Of a stretch of DNA of 64,000 nucleotides, positions 13,385-26,910 are shown piece by piece. Source of the DNA: Octopus sinensis. Taxonomy: Eukaryota. How positions within the stretch are numbered: the first letter of the stretch is position 1; each line of letters begins with the position of its first letter. The stretch spans positions 62,001-126,000 of the forward strand of contig NC_043026.1 of NCBI RefSeq assembly GCF_006345805.1, given 5' to 3'. Position numbers and translations under genes: made by a program. Below the pieces are notes generated by a model. It was not told where the DNA came from, made no database searches, and was given only the letters and a program-made list of their open reading frames with translations.

Positions 13385-13845
13385 TATATACAACTTATAA
13401 ACAAGGGCAAAAGAAATAATTATCATGCCAAATATGCGGAAAATAGACAAATCTTGTTCACTTCCGGACTCTCTCACTCTATGAGAGTTTTCAGTCCGAT
13501 CGCACGTGTCTCGAGGTGTGCTGGAGAATTTCTATTTTGGATATTTTTGTGGTACTTAAGTATGCTCATGACTTAATGTTTGCTTCTTCCATGGGTATAA
13601 GTAAGTATTTCATTTATTTCTTACGGTATTTATCGCTGACGAGGAAAAAATTGTTATGAATTAACTCTGAAATTGGGAGCGATATGATATTAACGGAATT
13701 TTTTAGAAATTTCTGTCGGCTTACTTCGAGACACGTGCTTATAGCAATAACTTATATGGTTAGTGATGATGTGTCTATTTTCGGCATATTTCGCATTAGG
13801 ATTTTTCTTTTCCCTTGTTTATAAGTTGTTTATAAATTTAACCTT
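13385..13845. mobile_element. MITE-like element with ~60-bp imperfect terminal inverted repeats (copy 59826-60290)
   Basis: acaacttataaacaagggcaaaagaaa..aaatatgcggaaaatagaca is mirrored by tgtctattttcggcatatttcg..ttttcccttgtttataagttgt. Confidence 0.6.
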
Positions 13846-14401
13846 TAAAGTTATTTTTCAATATGCTGCCATTCGTAAGCAAGTTAAAGGGATAACGTTA
13901 AGTATATTAAAGCCAGTAAAGGCGGCGAGCTTGCAGAAACGTTAGCACACCGGCCGAAGAGCGTAGCCGTATTTTGTCTGCCGATACGTTCTGAGTTCAA
14001 ATTCCACTGATGTCAACTTTGCTTTTCATCTTTTCGGTGTCGATAAATTAAGTACCAGTTACGCAGTGCGGTTGACCAAAATTGAGATTATGACAGAAGA
14101 AGGCTTGCTCTTCCTTCCGTAGAAGAAAAAATTCAAATCGGACCATGTTAACAGCAAAAATTAATTACATAAAAAAGCAGTACAGTTCGAAACTTGAGCT
14201 TCAACAGGATGCAAGGGAGATAACTAATGTTAATAATTTGTCTAATGGAAAACCGCCCATTACTCGAGCAAATCGACCACGGGACTTATTCTTTGTAAGC
14301 CGAGTACTTATTCTATCGGTCTCTTTCGCCGAACCGCTATGTATCGGGGACGGAAACACACCAGCATCGGTTGTCAAGCGATGTTGGGGAGACAAACACA
14401 A

Positions 14402-14442
<41 letters not shown>

Positions 14443-17108
14443 CGACGGGCTTCTTTTAGTTTCCATTTACCTAATCCACTCACAAGGCTTCGGTCGGCCC
14501 AAGGCTATAGTAGAAGACACTTGCGCCAGGTGCCACGCAGTGGGACTGAACCCGGAACCATGTGGTTGGTAAGTAAGCTACTTACCACACAGCCACTCCT
14601 GCGCCTATAGTATAATTATATTATAATGTTAATAAATTAAGATAAAAATATGAAAATTGTAATTCTCTCTATCCTTTTAATCTATCTATATTGAATATAT
14701 GTGGAGGCGCAATGGCACAGTGGTTAGGGCAGCGGACTCGCGGTAATAGGATCGCGGTTTCGATTCCCAGACCGGGCGTTGTGAGTGTTTATTGAGCGAA
14801 AACACCTAAAGCTCCACGAGGCTCCGGCAGTGGATGGTGGTGATCCCTGCTGTACTCTTTCACCACAACTTTCTCTCTCTCTTACTTCCTGCTTCTGTTG
14901 TACCTGTATTTCAAAGGGCCGGCCTTGTCACTCTCTGTGTCACGCTGAATATCCCCGAGAACTCCGTGTCTGTGGAGTGCTCAGCCACTTACACGTTAAT
15001 TTCACGAGCAGGCTGTTCCGTTGATTCGGATCAACCGGAACCCTCGTTGTCGTAACCGACGGAGTGCTTCAAAATTGAATATATACCCTTTTTAGTTTTG
15101 ATAAATCTTTCTCTATCATATTGGGTATTTAACTGAAGAACCGGTGGAAAATGGGATGTTTTCGATCCCCTTAAAGGAAATTGGTTTTCCTAGAACTGAA
15201 TATTATATTTGAAAATGGAGAATATTTGGCATCGTGATATTCTCGAGCACGTGCACAAAAAAGGTTCAGCCTGCCAAAGGTATTCATGCTAACATAGTTT
15301 CTACATCACGTGATGCCGCTCCAGTCGTGACAACGGTGCAAAATTGAGAAAATAGAGGAGGTACCGATGAACTGGCAGATACCCCAGCAGAAGTATCGCT
15401 ACATAGATTGGAAAATATAATCGTGGACGGTTATGGTTATGTACAGACGGAGGAACGAAGGGAAACGAATAGCCAGGACCGCCCATGTCCGGAGCGTAAC
15501 CAAGTAATTACTAATAAGAAAAAGTGGATTGTAGTAATATATGTGAAAAGCACCGACATAGAGCGAAAAATAAGGAAATTCAAAGGTGCCATAAGAATAG
15601 GATTGCCAGCTGAACGTTAGCTGGAACACATCAAGGGTGTGGCGATTGACAAGGAAAGGTATAAAAGGTTGAAAGGACTATGTGAACCCTTTGGGGAAAG
15701 AATTTTAATTTGAGCAACTACCAAAAGAAGATAAATACGAGGAATTAATACCCCTAATGAATGGTAATAGAGGAGTCCTTTAAAAAAGTAAAAAGAGAAG
15801 AAAAAATAAGAAAGAAAAAATGAAGGAAATAGATTTTTTTTTAAATGGGAAAGAAAATGCAAAAAGAAAAAAGAAAACTAAAAAATTGTCTAAATTAACA
15901 GTTAAATGGTACTGCTTGTGAGTGGGGCTCCTGCAACCATTCATCTTTCATTATTATATAATTGTCATGCTCATTCGTTTTATGTTTATTGTCCCCACTG
16001 TGGTGTTGTGTCTGTCCTTGTAGTGTCCCCTCCGTGTTAGTTGCCGAGTGCCTAAATAAAGAATCGGAGTGGGGCTCATGCAGCCATTTCATCAGGATCG
16101 ATTTCATTATACATTTTTTCATTTTGCGTTCGCTGCATATTTTTTGTCCCCATTTGTTGTGTTCTGTCTGTCCTTTTGTTGTCCCCTCTCTGTTAAGGCC
16201 TGGGTGCCAAATAAAGAAAAGGAGAGTCGGTGAGCTGTGTAAAGCCGAGAGTTGCGTATTGTCGAGTGTAAGTACAAGTATTGTGTATCTTGAGTACAAC
16301 GATTTGCGAGGACGTTATTTATTATCTCGTTATAGGATCTTTACCTTTTGACCTACAGATTTAGAAATTAATTTTTTCGCAACTAAACACTTTGAAACTT
16401 CGGACACTGATAGAATGTGTCATATAAAACATATTTTACTCTCAGCATTTTGGAGAAAAACTTATATTTACGAAGTTATTTCACGTTAAAGTTGTCGTAT
16501 TTCGGTAACTTCAACCAATCAATAACGTGTATTCAGCTGAATAAAATTACTGTCGTTGTTCTTGTTTATTTGCCAAATAAACACACGCACCATATCTTCG
16601 CTCTTCACTCGTTTACTACTGTTCTTATTCTAACTCATGGCCATTATCCATGAATCTTTCATCATACACGTGTGACATCTACAGGAAAGACTTTCCGTCC
16701 TCGTGTGTGTTCCTTCTCCGCTTAGACTAAGACTTACATTGTAGAAAGGCATTCGTCAATGTGGATTTTCTCATAGTTCGGCATTCGTACACAATCAATT
16801 TAAATCCTTCCTAGTTGCCATCTCAAAAGATACCTCTTCATTTAACATCAATTAATCACGTAAGCACTCTTGCCTCTATCAACATTTCCACGTGACTTGG
16901 TTATCGACTTCGAAACATTGTAACACAAACAGTTTTCACCAACTTCTCCCTGCGTGTTTCTACATGTATCACAGAAATTATCAGTGCACTTTTTAATTAC
17001 AAACAAAAGGCACACACACACACATTGTTTAACACTGTTTGGCTTCGATTTGGTGTTAAATGCTATAGTTTAATTATCCTTTCACTGGTTCCAAGTCACA
17101 AATATTAT

Positions 17109-17169
<61 letters not shown>

Positions 17170-17171
<2 letters not shown>

Positions 17172-17430
17172 TGATTGATTGATTCTAGTTTCAGCTCATG
17201 AGCAGTGGCCAAGCTGGGGCACCGCCATTCGGTGTTGCTACATGGTTTTACCTCACGAAAGCTTTTTAGCAACTGCCATTTGGTGCATGAGAGAGTTCGA
17301 TGCAGCTGCCCTCATCTGCACCTCCTGCCGTGAAGTTGGTTCATCTGGGACACCTGACAGGAAGAGATCCAGTTTCATTTTAAAGATATCTGCATCCACC
17401 CCATGCAGGTCTCTTAGGTTCTTCGGGAGG
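17170..17430 (-). mobile_element. CR1/Jockey-group LINE 3' fragment inserted in a TA tract, specific to the B arm
   Basis: ORF 17253-17465 LPKNLRDL...FKMKLDLFLSGVPDEPT...RAAASNSLMHQ resembles a LINE ORF2 C-terminus. Absent at the homologous TA tracts near 7240 and 53530. Confidence 0.65.
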
Positions 17431-18065
17431 ATATATATATATATATATATATATATGTTGCACATTGTTTGCGTGCATTCTGAGATGAATCAATGATGCA
17501 TAAACATGGACCAGAGTGCGCATCTGTTTAATTTGTGTTTTCGATATGTATTGCAGTTTTATGTTTATGCATTTAATTAGCGACCTTTCCGACGAGCTAT
17601 AGAAAATTAATTAATCAATAAATTATTTCATTAATTGATTTATTTTGTCATTAATACCGAAACTCTTGAGTATAAGGTTTACTATATTTTTATTCACTCA
17701 AATGTGTTGCTTGATTACAAATCAACGTGCTTTAATGTAAGAATATTCTTTCGTGGTTTTAGACTTTGACTGCTATTTTTAGCATGTAAGAAATCCACAT
17801 AATACTTTTCACTCAGCGTATATTTCATATACTATTATATTTAAAAGTATTTATGTCTTCTGACTGTAAATTCGCATGCTCACAACTACTAAATAATTAT
17901 TTGATAATTTATACTCATGTAATTATAAAGTTACTTATTTGCTTACCAACCACTTGGTTCCATGTTGAGTCCCATTTCGGGGCAACTTTCGCAAATATCT
18001 TCGAGTCTGGCCGACCAAAGCCTTGTGAGTAGATTTGGTTGGCGGAAACTGAAAGAAGCCCGTTG

Positions 18066-18152
<87 letters not shown>

Positions 18153-18732
18153 CTATCTAATATTATTTGAGCATCAATACTACCCTGTTATTCATGTTTA
18201 GAAAATATTCTTTTATTCTTCTACACTTATGTTTCAGTCATTTGAATGCGGCCATGCTGTAGCAGCACCTTTAGTCGAGCAAAACTGCCGCAGTACTTAT
18301 TCTTTGTAAGCCTAGTACTTTAAACCGCCAAGTTGCCGGGGCGTAAACACACCAGCATCGGTTGTGAAGCGATGTTGGGGGGACAAACACAGACACAGAG
18401 ACACACATTCAATATATATACGACGGGCTTCTTTCACTTTCCGTCTAGCAAATGCACTTAGAAGGCTTTGATCGGCCTGAGGCTACAGTAAAATGCACTT
18501 GCCAAAGGAACCATGTAGCTGGTAAGCAAGGTACGTATCACACAGCCACTCCTATCTTAACAATTTTTCGAGCCGATCACATGGTTGTTTTTCTCCATTA
18601 AGGTTTATAACACAAAATGGTGACGAAATCTGTTCCTTCATGTGATGGCCTTGAAAAATTGTTAAGATACAACGATCTTTTCATGACCTGAAACCATTGG
18701 TAGCTTTAATACAAATAAAGACGTTCACACAC

Positions 18733-18792
<60 letters not shown>

Positions 18793-19076
18793 ATGCATAT
18801 TTTTGGTCAGATGTGACCTGGAACAACAACAAACCAGTTCTGTCGCTGGACAGAGACAAAGAGAATGACAACTCAAAAGACCGATGTTGGATGGAATAGT
18901 TTGGCATAGCTTCGTTTTGAGTAGACGAATGAAAACAAAATATTCGTTAGTTTCCGTGAGCACGTGTTGTCTTGCCAACTGCGTGTTTTTTCTGATTGAC
19001 GTGTCGAAGAGGAAGAAGAAGCTAATGAGTGTATGATTGTGTGAGTTTGTTCTTGTGCGCGCGTGCTTGTTCACGT

Positions 19077-19125
<49 letters not shown>

Positions 19126-19571
19126 ATAACTGTGATGGCTTTTCGACGTCGATCTCGTTTTCTTTTTGGAAATTTACAGATTTTACTTACGCACATGAAG
19201 CAGGTGAGAAGAAATACGCAAGGCTTTTATATCTACATTCCACACCCATAAATACATAAAAACAGAACAAGCACTCACACACACACAAAAAGAAGCATGC
19301 ACACACACACAGACGTAGGTCCATTAGCTTCCCCTTCCACTTCGACACGTCAGACAGAAGAAGCACGCAGTTGACAAGAGATCACGTGTTCACAGAAATT
19401 ACCGAAGAAGCCTGCTTATAAATTGTCGACTCAATACGAAAGATCACCAATATTTTTTATGGATTCTTTATTAACAGGTATTACTTGACCTATGCGGATC
19501 ACTAGTGGTGGTCAGCTGGATTGGATGGGCGTTAACAACAACAATAGTATCAATGGAAATCATGTGCTGGG

Positions 19572-19627
19572 TTAGTTCTGCTGCCTCAGGCGGATGAATA
19601 TGGCCATGGAGTCTGCTAATGCATAAC
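19572..19627 (-). CDS. Paralogue B, terminal coding exon 5 (GYALADSMAIFIRLRQQN*)
   Basis: Reverse complement of A exon 5 with the same acceptor and TAA. Confidence 0.78.
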
Positions 19628-20136
19628 CTGCAAGTAACAAATAACAACATCAACAACAAAAAGACATTCAAATATATCGTGGGAGGGCTTTAAAGGTGGT
19701 CACTCGAATTACTAGAAATTGCAGCCAAATCTACACATAGTGTAATGGGAAACATCCAGGTGGGTCATGGTCAGAACACCTTTGATCATAAATCAGTTGG
19801 ATCAGGCTGATTGGCTGCAATTACTACTCACATTGAGAATCGATTTATTTATTGGCCACGCAGAGGCTAGACACAGAAGGGACAAATATAAAATAGTGCT
19901 TTTCTTTTGGGGTCAAGAGAAGGAGAAAAAAAGAAAGAAAAAAGAGGGGTCGAATTCCGATCAAAAGGGATCGTGAAAAAAAAAAAAGAAAATGGGGCCG
20001 ATCAATAGGGATCGTGTATAGATAGATAGACAGATAGCTAGACAGGGAGATTGACAGACAGATAGATAGGGAGAAAGAGAGAGAGAGAGGGGGGAGACAG
20101 AGACACAGAAAGACATAAAATGGAAGCATCACTTAC

Positions 20137-20300
20137 CGTTGTTCCAGATGGTTTTCGATTTTGCATCAGAATAACGAATTGCAGGGAAGTGATCCATTTC
20201 ATCATATGCACAGAACATTTGATCTTGAACTACGGCTAGCCAGCCACTCTCAGAAAGACAGCCATCGTTGTGGTTCGTTATATAGAAGCGACGTACATTC
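20137..20300 (-). CDS. Paralogue B, coding exon 4 (NVRRFYITNHNDGCLSESGWLAVVQDQMFCAYDEMDHFPAIRYSDAKSKTIWNN)
   Basis: Acceptor ctttgtag, donor gtaagt, 164 nt. Homologous to exon 4 of A and C. Confidence 0.82.
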
Positions 20301-21477
20301 CTACAAAGTTGGAGAAGAACTCGTTTGGGTTTCAGAATGAGAAAATATAAACATTTATTAAATATACCATTATGTTCGACGTACACATTTGAACAAGTAT
20401 TTTATTAAAATAGCCATTTGTGTATCATATTGAAAGGATATACACACAGTCGATAGGCTAGTTTCTGTAGTATTTTCCCTGAGTGGAGTATGAGAGAAAA
20501 CAACTGCTATCTCAGGACAAATATTGCAGTAACTGGACTGTCGAGAGTGTATATACACGTCAGGTACGATACAAAGACATCTATACCAGTCTGTTAAAAT
20601 CTGCAGTGACGGCTCCAACAGCCGTCAATAGATTTCTTTGATTAGGCAGAAAGTAAATTCACAACGGGATCTATCTTACAACATAGGTGCGTGAACACAC
20701 GCATAAGCACGCACACACACGCACGAACGCATTCACGCAGACACACACACACTCACACAGAAATACACTCGTACAATTACGCAAAGAAATAAGAAATTAC
20801 ACACGAAGTAGACTTCAGTTAAAATTTGTAAGAAAAAGCGCCACAAATATAACAACCATAACATTTTCCCTTGTTAAACAAATTAGGAAACTAAGCGTGC
20901 AATGGATTCTGGTAATTAAGAGAAATAATATAATGGAATAAAGAATATTTAAAAACGAACACGCGCAAGTAAAACTAGTTATAACATACATTTTAATGTG
21001 AATGTATATTTTCGTGTTTCCTCACTTTAAAACAGGCCGCTTAATGTAGATACACTGTTGAAATCGGAAAACTTCGTTATTCGTATCCAGAAAGCAACTC
21101 ATATAGAGGAACAGTGTTAAAAATTACAGAAATGCCCCAGTAATAGACAAATAGCATCTAGCAGCTGCGATGGAATTGCTAAATATGTATCTCTACTACT
21201 TTGAATGTCATCAGCAGTAAGTACCCACCAGCAACCGCATACCAAATCAAATTTAGTTTCTAATGATACAGGACAATTATAATTAAGAAATCAGCAGGGT
21301 TCACAAATCAGCAGACAGGCTGGATATAGTATATTTCATTATTAGTGAGGGAACCAGATGTAGTTCAAATTTGTACTCTGTATATCATATTCAATGAAGA
21401 TATTATAGTGAAAGCCTGGAAATGCTTTGGTCGCTTCAAGAAAATATCGTGAATAAATATATAGTGTTAAGAAACAG

Positions 21478-21560
<83 letters not shown>

Positions 21561-21586
21561 TATATATATACATATATATAAGTATG

Positions 21587-21621
<35 letters not shown>

Positions 21622-21622
21622 C

Positions 21623-21702
<80 letters not shown>

Positions 21703-21750
21703 CTTATATATATGTATATATATATTTATATATATATATATATATATATA
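21478..21750. repeat. Expanded (TA)n tract abutting the Penelope end (only ~9 units at the homologous site near 2890-2907)
   Basis: Directly visible. Confidence 0.9.
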
Positions 21751-24700
21751 ACGGGAAGGTTTATGAAAATAAACAAAAGACGAAGGCAGGTGTAGTACAA
21801 ACAAATAATGTATTACTATGGCGCTGAGGAATAGAAATAAAGGAGAGAAAAAATTGCATGTAGGGGCTAACGATTCAACATGGCGTTCTGATTTCAGAAG
21901 TCAGAGATCGGAGGTCAAACGTTAGAGGTCAGACGTTAGACACTAGAGGGATAGTAGGGGAGATAACAGGGTAAAGTGACCGCGCTCCAACCTGAAGGTG
22001 CGTGTGTGCATAAGAGAGTATGTATGTGCATGTGGAAGAGGGCTGGTGGTTTGGACGTGTGTATGTATGTATGATGTGATGTGTAATGTCGTATGGTGTA
22101 GTGTAGTGTGGTGTTGGGGAGAGGGAGAGGGGAGAGGGGGGAGGAGAGCAGGGGGCGAGGGGAGAGGAGGGGGCGAGGGGAGGACGAGGGAGAGGAGAAG
22201 GAAGGAGAGGAGAAGATGAGAAGGAGGAGGGGAGGAGAAGAAAGGGGAAGGGGAGGAGAAGAAAGGGGAAGGGGAGGAGAATGGAAAGAGAAAGGAAGAA
22301 GAGAGGGGAGAGGGAGAGGAGGATGAGGGGAAGAGAAGGGGAGTGAGGGAGCAGAGAGAAAGAGAGAGGGGGAAGAGGGAAGAAGAAAGAAGAAAGAAGA
22401 AGAGGGAAGAAGGGAAAGGAGGGAAAGTGGAAAGAGAAGAAAGGAAAGGAGAGAAAGAGAGTAGGGGTGAAAAGATGAAGGACTGAAGAGAAGTAGGAGT
22501 CGGGGAGGTTAAATGAAAAAGTGGGGAGAGTTGAGACTAAATGGCGTGAAAGAGCGAAGAGAGAAGATTAATCCCTGTTCACTGCGCAAACAGGAATCCG
22601 GATGGGCTCTGTGCAAGGACAATCCGAACACAGACAGGTGTTCCAAGGAGTTACCGGTGGAACGGAAACGGCGTGAGAGCGGTGTATCGTTGGCAAGGCG
22701 GATGTCTCGGATGTGTTCCGCGAACCGGTCAGCCAAGCGGCGTCCCATTTGTCCGATGTACATGGAATGGCAGAGAGAGCAGGAGATGCAATAGATAATA
22801 TTGCTGGAGGTGCTGGTGAAGGAGTCGAGGATGCGATCAGGTCGATGATGGGTGCCAGTGAGGAGGGTGGTGTTGGAGAGGTAAGGGCAAGTGCGGCAAC
22901 ATGGCGGGAGCAGGGGAACGAGCCAGGTTGGGAGGTAGGGTCAGGGAAGAAGCTGTGGACCAAGAGGTCTCGTAGGTTATGGGCTCGTTTGAAAGAGGGT
23001 AGGGTTGGTTAGGGAAGAGGTGTGAAGTGTACGGGTCAGACTGGAGATGCCGGAAAGCTCGAAGAATGGTGCGTTGGAGAGGTAGGGTGGTGGGGTGGTA
23101 AGTGAGGGGAAAAGGGAGGCGGGAGACTGCAGGGCGGGTTCGAGGGGAGAGAGCAGATGCACGGTCTACAGAACGTTCTCTGGCAAGGGCGGTGTGGATA
23201 GTGGTGAGGGGATATCCACGTAGGATGAAGTGGCGAGCCATGAGTTGAGACTGAGTCTTAAAGTCATGGTCGTCACTACAGAGCCTACGTAGACGGAGGA
23301 ATTGAGAATAGGGGATGGAAAGCTTAGTGTGTTTGGGGTGGGAGGAAGAGAAGTTTAGGTATGAGTGTGAGTCTGTGTGTTTGTAGTGAATGGAGGTGGT
23401 AAGAGTGGAGTGATGAATGCTGACCGAAATGTCGAGGAAGGAGACAGAGGTGTAGGAGATAGTGGAGGTGAAGTGGAGGGCAGGATGGAAGGATTGAACG
23501 AAAGAGAGAAAGAATCTAGATGTTCACGGGAGAGTGAGGTGGCACCGATAATATCGTCAATGTAACGACCGTATAGTTCGGGAGTGGGACCAGTGAAATT
23601 AGAGAATATTTGGGCCTCAACATAGCCAACGAACAGGTTCGCATAGTTGGGGCCCATTCGCGTTCCCATGGCCACTCCCGAGAAATGTTGGTAGAAACAG
23701 TTAAGAGAAAGGACAATTTCGGCCAGACGAATGAGTGTGGAGGTGTCGGGTTCAGGGTTGGGGCGGAGGTCGAGAAAGTGTTGAAGTGCCCGCAGTCCTT
23801 CGTGGTGAGGGATGACGGTATAGAGGCTCTGGATGTCCATAGTAAAAAGGATATTGGAGGAGCCGGGAGGAAAGGAGAAAGAGTTGAAAAACCGGAGAGC
23901 ATGGTTTGTATCGTGGATGTGGGAGGGAAGAGACGCCACTAGGGGGGCAAGGACACGGTCGAGGTATTTTGAGATGAGCTCCGTGGGGCAGTTACAGGCG
24001 GAGACGATGGTGCGGCCAGGGTTGTTGCGTTTGTGGATTTTGGGGAGGAAGTAAATTGTGGGGGTGCGTGGGGTTCGCACAATGAGGTTGGATTCCGTGT
24101 GGGGGAGACGGGAGGACGAGATGAGGTCGTGGACAGTAGAGGATACCGTCTCTTGGTAGCTAAGCGTGGGGTCAAAGGACAGAGGGGAGTAGAAGGAGGT
24201 GTCATTGAGTTGGCGGAGCGCCTCAGCCCTGTAGAGGTCAACGTGCCACACCACCACAGCTCCACCCTTGTCAGCCGGTTTGATGACAATGTCAGCGCGC
24301 CGTTGGAGGGAACGAAGAACCGAGAGTTCAGCCGGGGAGATGTTGAGGCGGCGGTGGCGCCTGGAGAAGTTGAACCGCTCCAACGCACGCTGACAGGCAC
24401 CCGCGTAAAGATCCACTGCTAGGAACTGGCCGGGGGCAGGCGTCCACAGGGATGGTCGGCGGCCCAGGTCAGTGAAGCAGTCCTCATCGTTGGATGCGGA
24501 TGGTATGTCGCGGAAAACGCACCCAACCGGACGCGCGCGCACAAAGTGAGAGGGATGAAACGCAGACCCCTACTGAGGACGGAGCGTTACGCACTAACAA
24601 CAGACGGAAGTGGAGAAGAGGTGGATGGAATAGAAGTAGAAGGGGTGAATGGAATAGGAGTAGGAGGGGTGGTAGGGCTGGTGGAGGTCTGAGGGGAGGG

Positions 24701-25996
24701 AGTGGGGAGGTGTGTGGGGGTGGTTAGGAGGGACAGTGGGGTTAGATGTGGGTGGGTGGAGCCTATCAAGAGGGGAGAAGGGTAGTGGAGTTGGGTGTGA
24801 TTGAATAGAGGAGTGATTGGGATTTACGAAGTTTGGTATTGGAAAGAAATTGATGGAAGAGGTGATTTAAATGGATAATGAAGCGCAACGTGTTTTGAGC
24901 ATGGAAAGGCGGCAGAAAGAAGAAAAAGATGGAAAAAGCAGGAGGGAGAAGGCATTCGATGGTATGTAGTTGAGAGAGATTGGAGCGAATAGTGGCACGC
25001 ATAAGGCGGTAAGATGTGAAGCGGAGTATGGGTAAGATGGAAGAAGCAGAGTGGAGAGCAGGGTGGAAATGGAGGCGGAAACCTTTAGGGATGAGGCGGT
25101 GATATAGGCAGCGGCTTAGAAAAGAGACGTGGCTAGAGAAGCGGTTTTTTTAAAAAGAAGCAGAGAGAGGTTAATGGACGGCTGATAGCAGTTTAGAGGG
25201 AGTAGACGGAGGAAATCTTTCAAACGATGGTGGATAGTGAGGAGGTAGGATTTATAATCCGGCATGGTGGAATAGCGAAAAAAAAGAGAGAGAGGAAAAA
25301 AGGGGAAAAGGGGGGAAAAAAACAAACGTTCGAAAAAAGAAAAAATCGTTCGAAAAAACTAGATAAAAAAAAGCGGTAGGAGCAGAAAATAAAGGTGAAG
25401 AAGATGGGACAAATAGAAAAAGGAAAGAGAGGAAGCAGAGAGAGAGGGAGGCAAAAAAAACGGGGTGCAAGCAAAGAAAACAGAGTATGGACATCCAGAG
25501 AAGGAAGAAACTACAGAAAGGACAAAAAAATACAGGAAATTGTGGAAGTATGAAATGAATGTAAAAAAAAATAAATGAAGATAATCTATGAGAAAATAAA
25601 ACGAAAGGGACAGTATATACGAACAAGTTCAAGGTTGAAAGTTCAATGTTAAAAATGTATAGACGTCGTGGTATATTTTAAGGATTTCACATCAATAACA
25701 AAGTCACTTTGATCCGTGAAGGAGAGGTGCAGTCAGAAGGCAGGTATCCTTAGAGGTAAAACAATCCAATGGAAAGGTAAGAGTTGGTAGAATATAGGAT
25801 AAAAGTGTGACCACGTGAGCGCGTGATATATAACAGGAAGGTTTATGAAAATAAACAAAAGACGAAGGCAGGTTTACGAAAATAAACAAAAGACCAAGGC
25901 AGGTGGAGTACAAACAAATACTGTATTAATATGGCGCTCAGGAATAGAAATAAAACAAGTCTTTTACATTCGAGCCTACGCTCTTCGACAGAAAGA
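21751..25996 (-). mobile_element. Penelope-like retroelement, near full length but degenerate (RT plus GIY-YIG endonuclease, terminal direct repeats)
   Basis: ORF 23355-24542 has IKPADKGGAVVV, FLPKIHK..PGRTIVS, MDIQSLYT, GVAMGTRMGPNYANLFV and RYIDDI. ORF 22509-22763 has MYIGQMGRRLADRFAEH (GIY-YIG type). The repeat ggaaggtttatgaaaataaacaaaagacgaaggcagg occurs at both ~21753 and ~25836. Frameshifts and stops are present. Confidence 0.9.
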
Positions 25997-26559
25997 TACG
26001 TTTATATATTTGTTGTGCAAGATATTTTATGTGAAGTCGTGTGTTGAAACAGATATTGTTATCTTTCGGAATGGTCATTTTGCCAGTTTAGCCAATAAAT
26101 AAGAAAGAAGAAAACAAAAGATCACTGATGTGGTCACAGGAGTGTGACGAAAGAACTCTGGCCGAAATAAGATTAAGATTAATGTAAAAATAAATAACAC
26201 TAAAGCAAAATAACACCAAATATAAAGTGCGTGTGTTTTTATTGGCTAAACTGGCAAAATAACCATTCCGAAATATAACAATATAAATATATCTATATCT
26301 ATATCTATATCTATATATATATATTGATCAACAGAAGAGTCCAGAGTAATCCATAGGAAGAAGAGGTACAATCGGAGTGTAGAAAGTCCAAAAGAGAATC
26401 CGTCAAGGGTAGAAAGGTAGAAAGTCTAGTGGAGAAGTTTGTGGGTGATGAGAGGAGACAGGATCAACTGGTGTTGTATCCTCACTCCTCCGGCGAAGTG
26501 GCTAGCGATGTAGCCACTACACACATTTTTCTCTCTTCTTGTTTCCTTCTGTGTTCCTT

Positions 26560-26672
26560 TCCGTGGAAGAGCGTAGGCCCGAAACGTTAAAGACTTTTTC
26601 AATTCCCGAGCGTTATACTAATACATCTGTTTGCTTTCTACACCATCTGCCTTCGTCTTTTTTGTAAATTCT

Positions 26673-26730
<58 letters not shown>

Positions 26731-26910
26731 CGGGAAGTTTTATGAAAATAAACAAAAGACGAAGGCAGGTGGAATACAAACAAACAATTGTATTAGTATG
26801 GCGCTCAGGAATAGAAATAAAACAAGTCTTTTACGTTTCGAGCCTACGCTCTTCGACAGAAAGATACACAGAAAAGAAACAAGGAGAGAAACAAGGACAG
26901 AAAAAAAATG
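26560..26910. repeat. Inverted pair of Penelope terminal-repeat-derived sequences around a TA microsatellite
   Basis: 26560-26680 is approximately the reverse complement of 26729-26870, which matches the repeats at 21751 and 25836. Related copies occur near 31040-31170 and 40200-40400. Confidence 0.65.

Larger units (their letters stand above)
13855..21480 (-). repeat. Right arm of the inverted segmental duplication (carries B exons 4-5)
   Basis: Reverse complement of ~2900-10765. It lacks the SINE at 3957-4284 and the SINE internal duplication at 9295-9570, and has an extra LINE fragment at 17170-17430. Confidence 0.92.

Noticed and set aside
21342-21804. IY/YI-repeat ORFs here and at the many other (TA)n, (CA)n and (TAGA)n tracts
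   Set aside because: Microsatellite translations.
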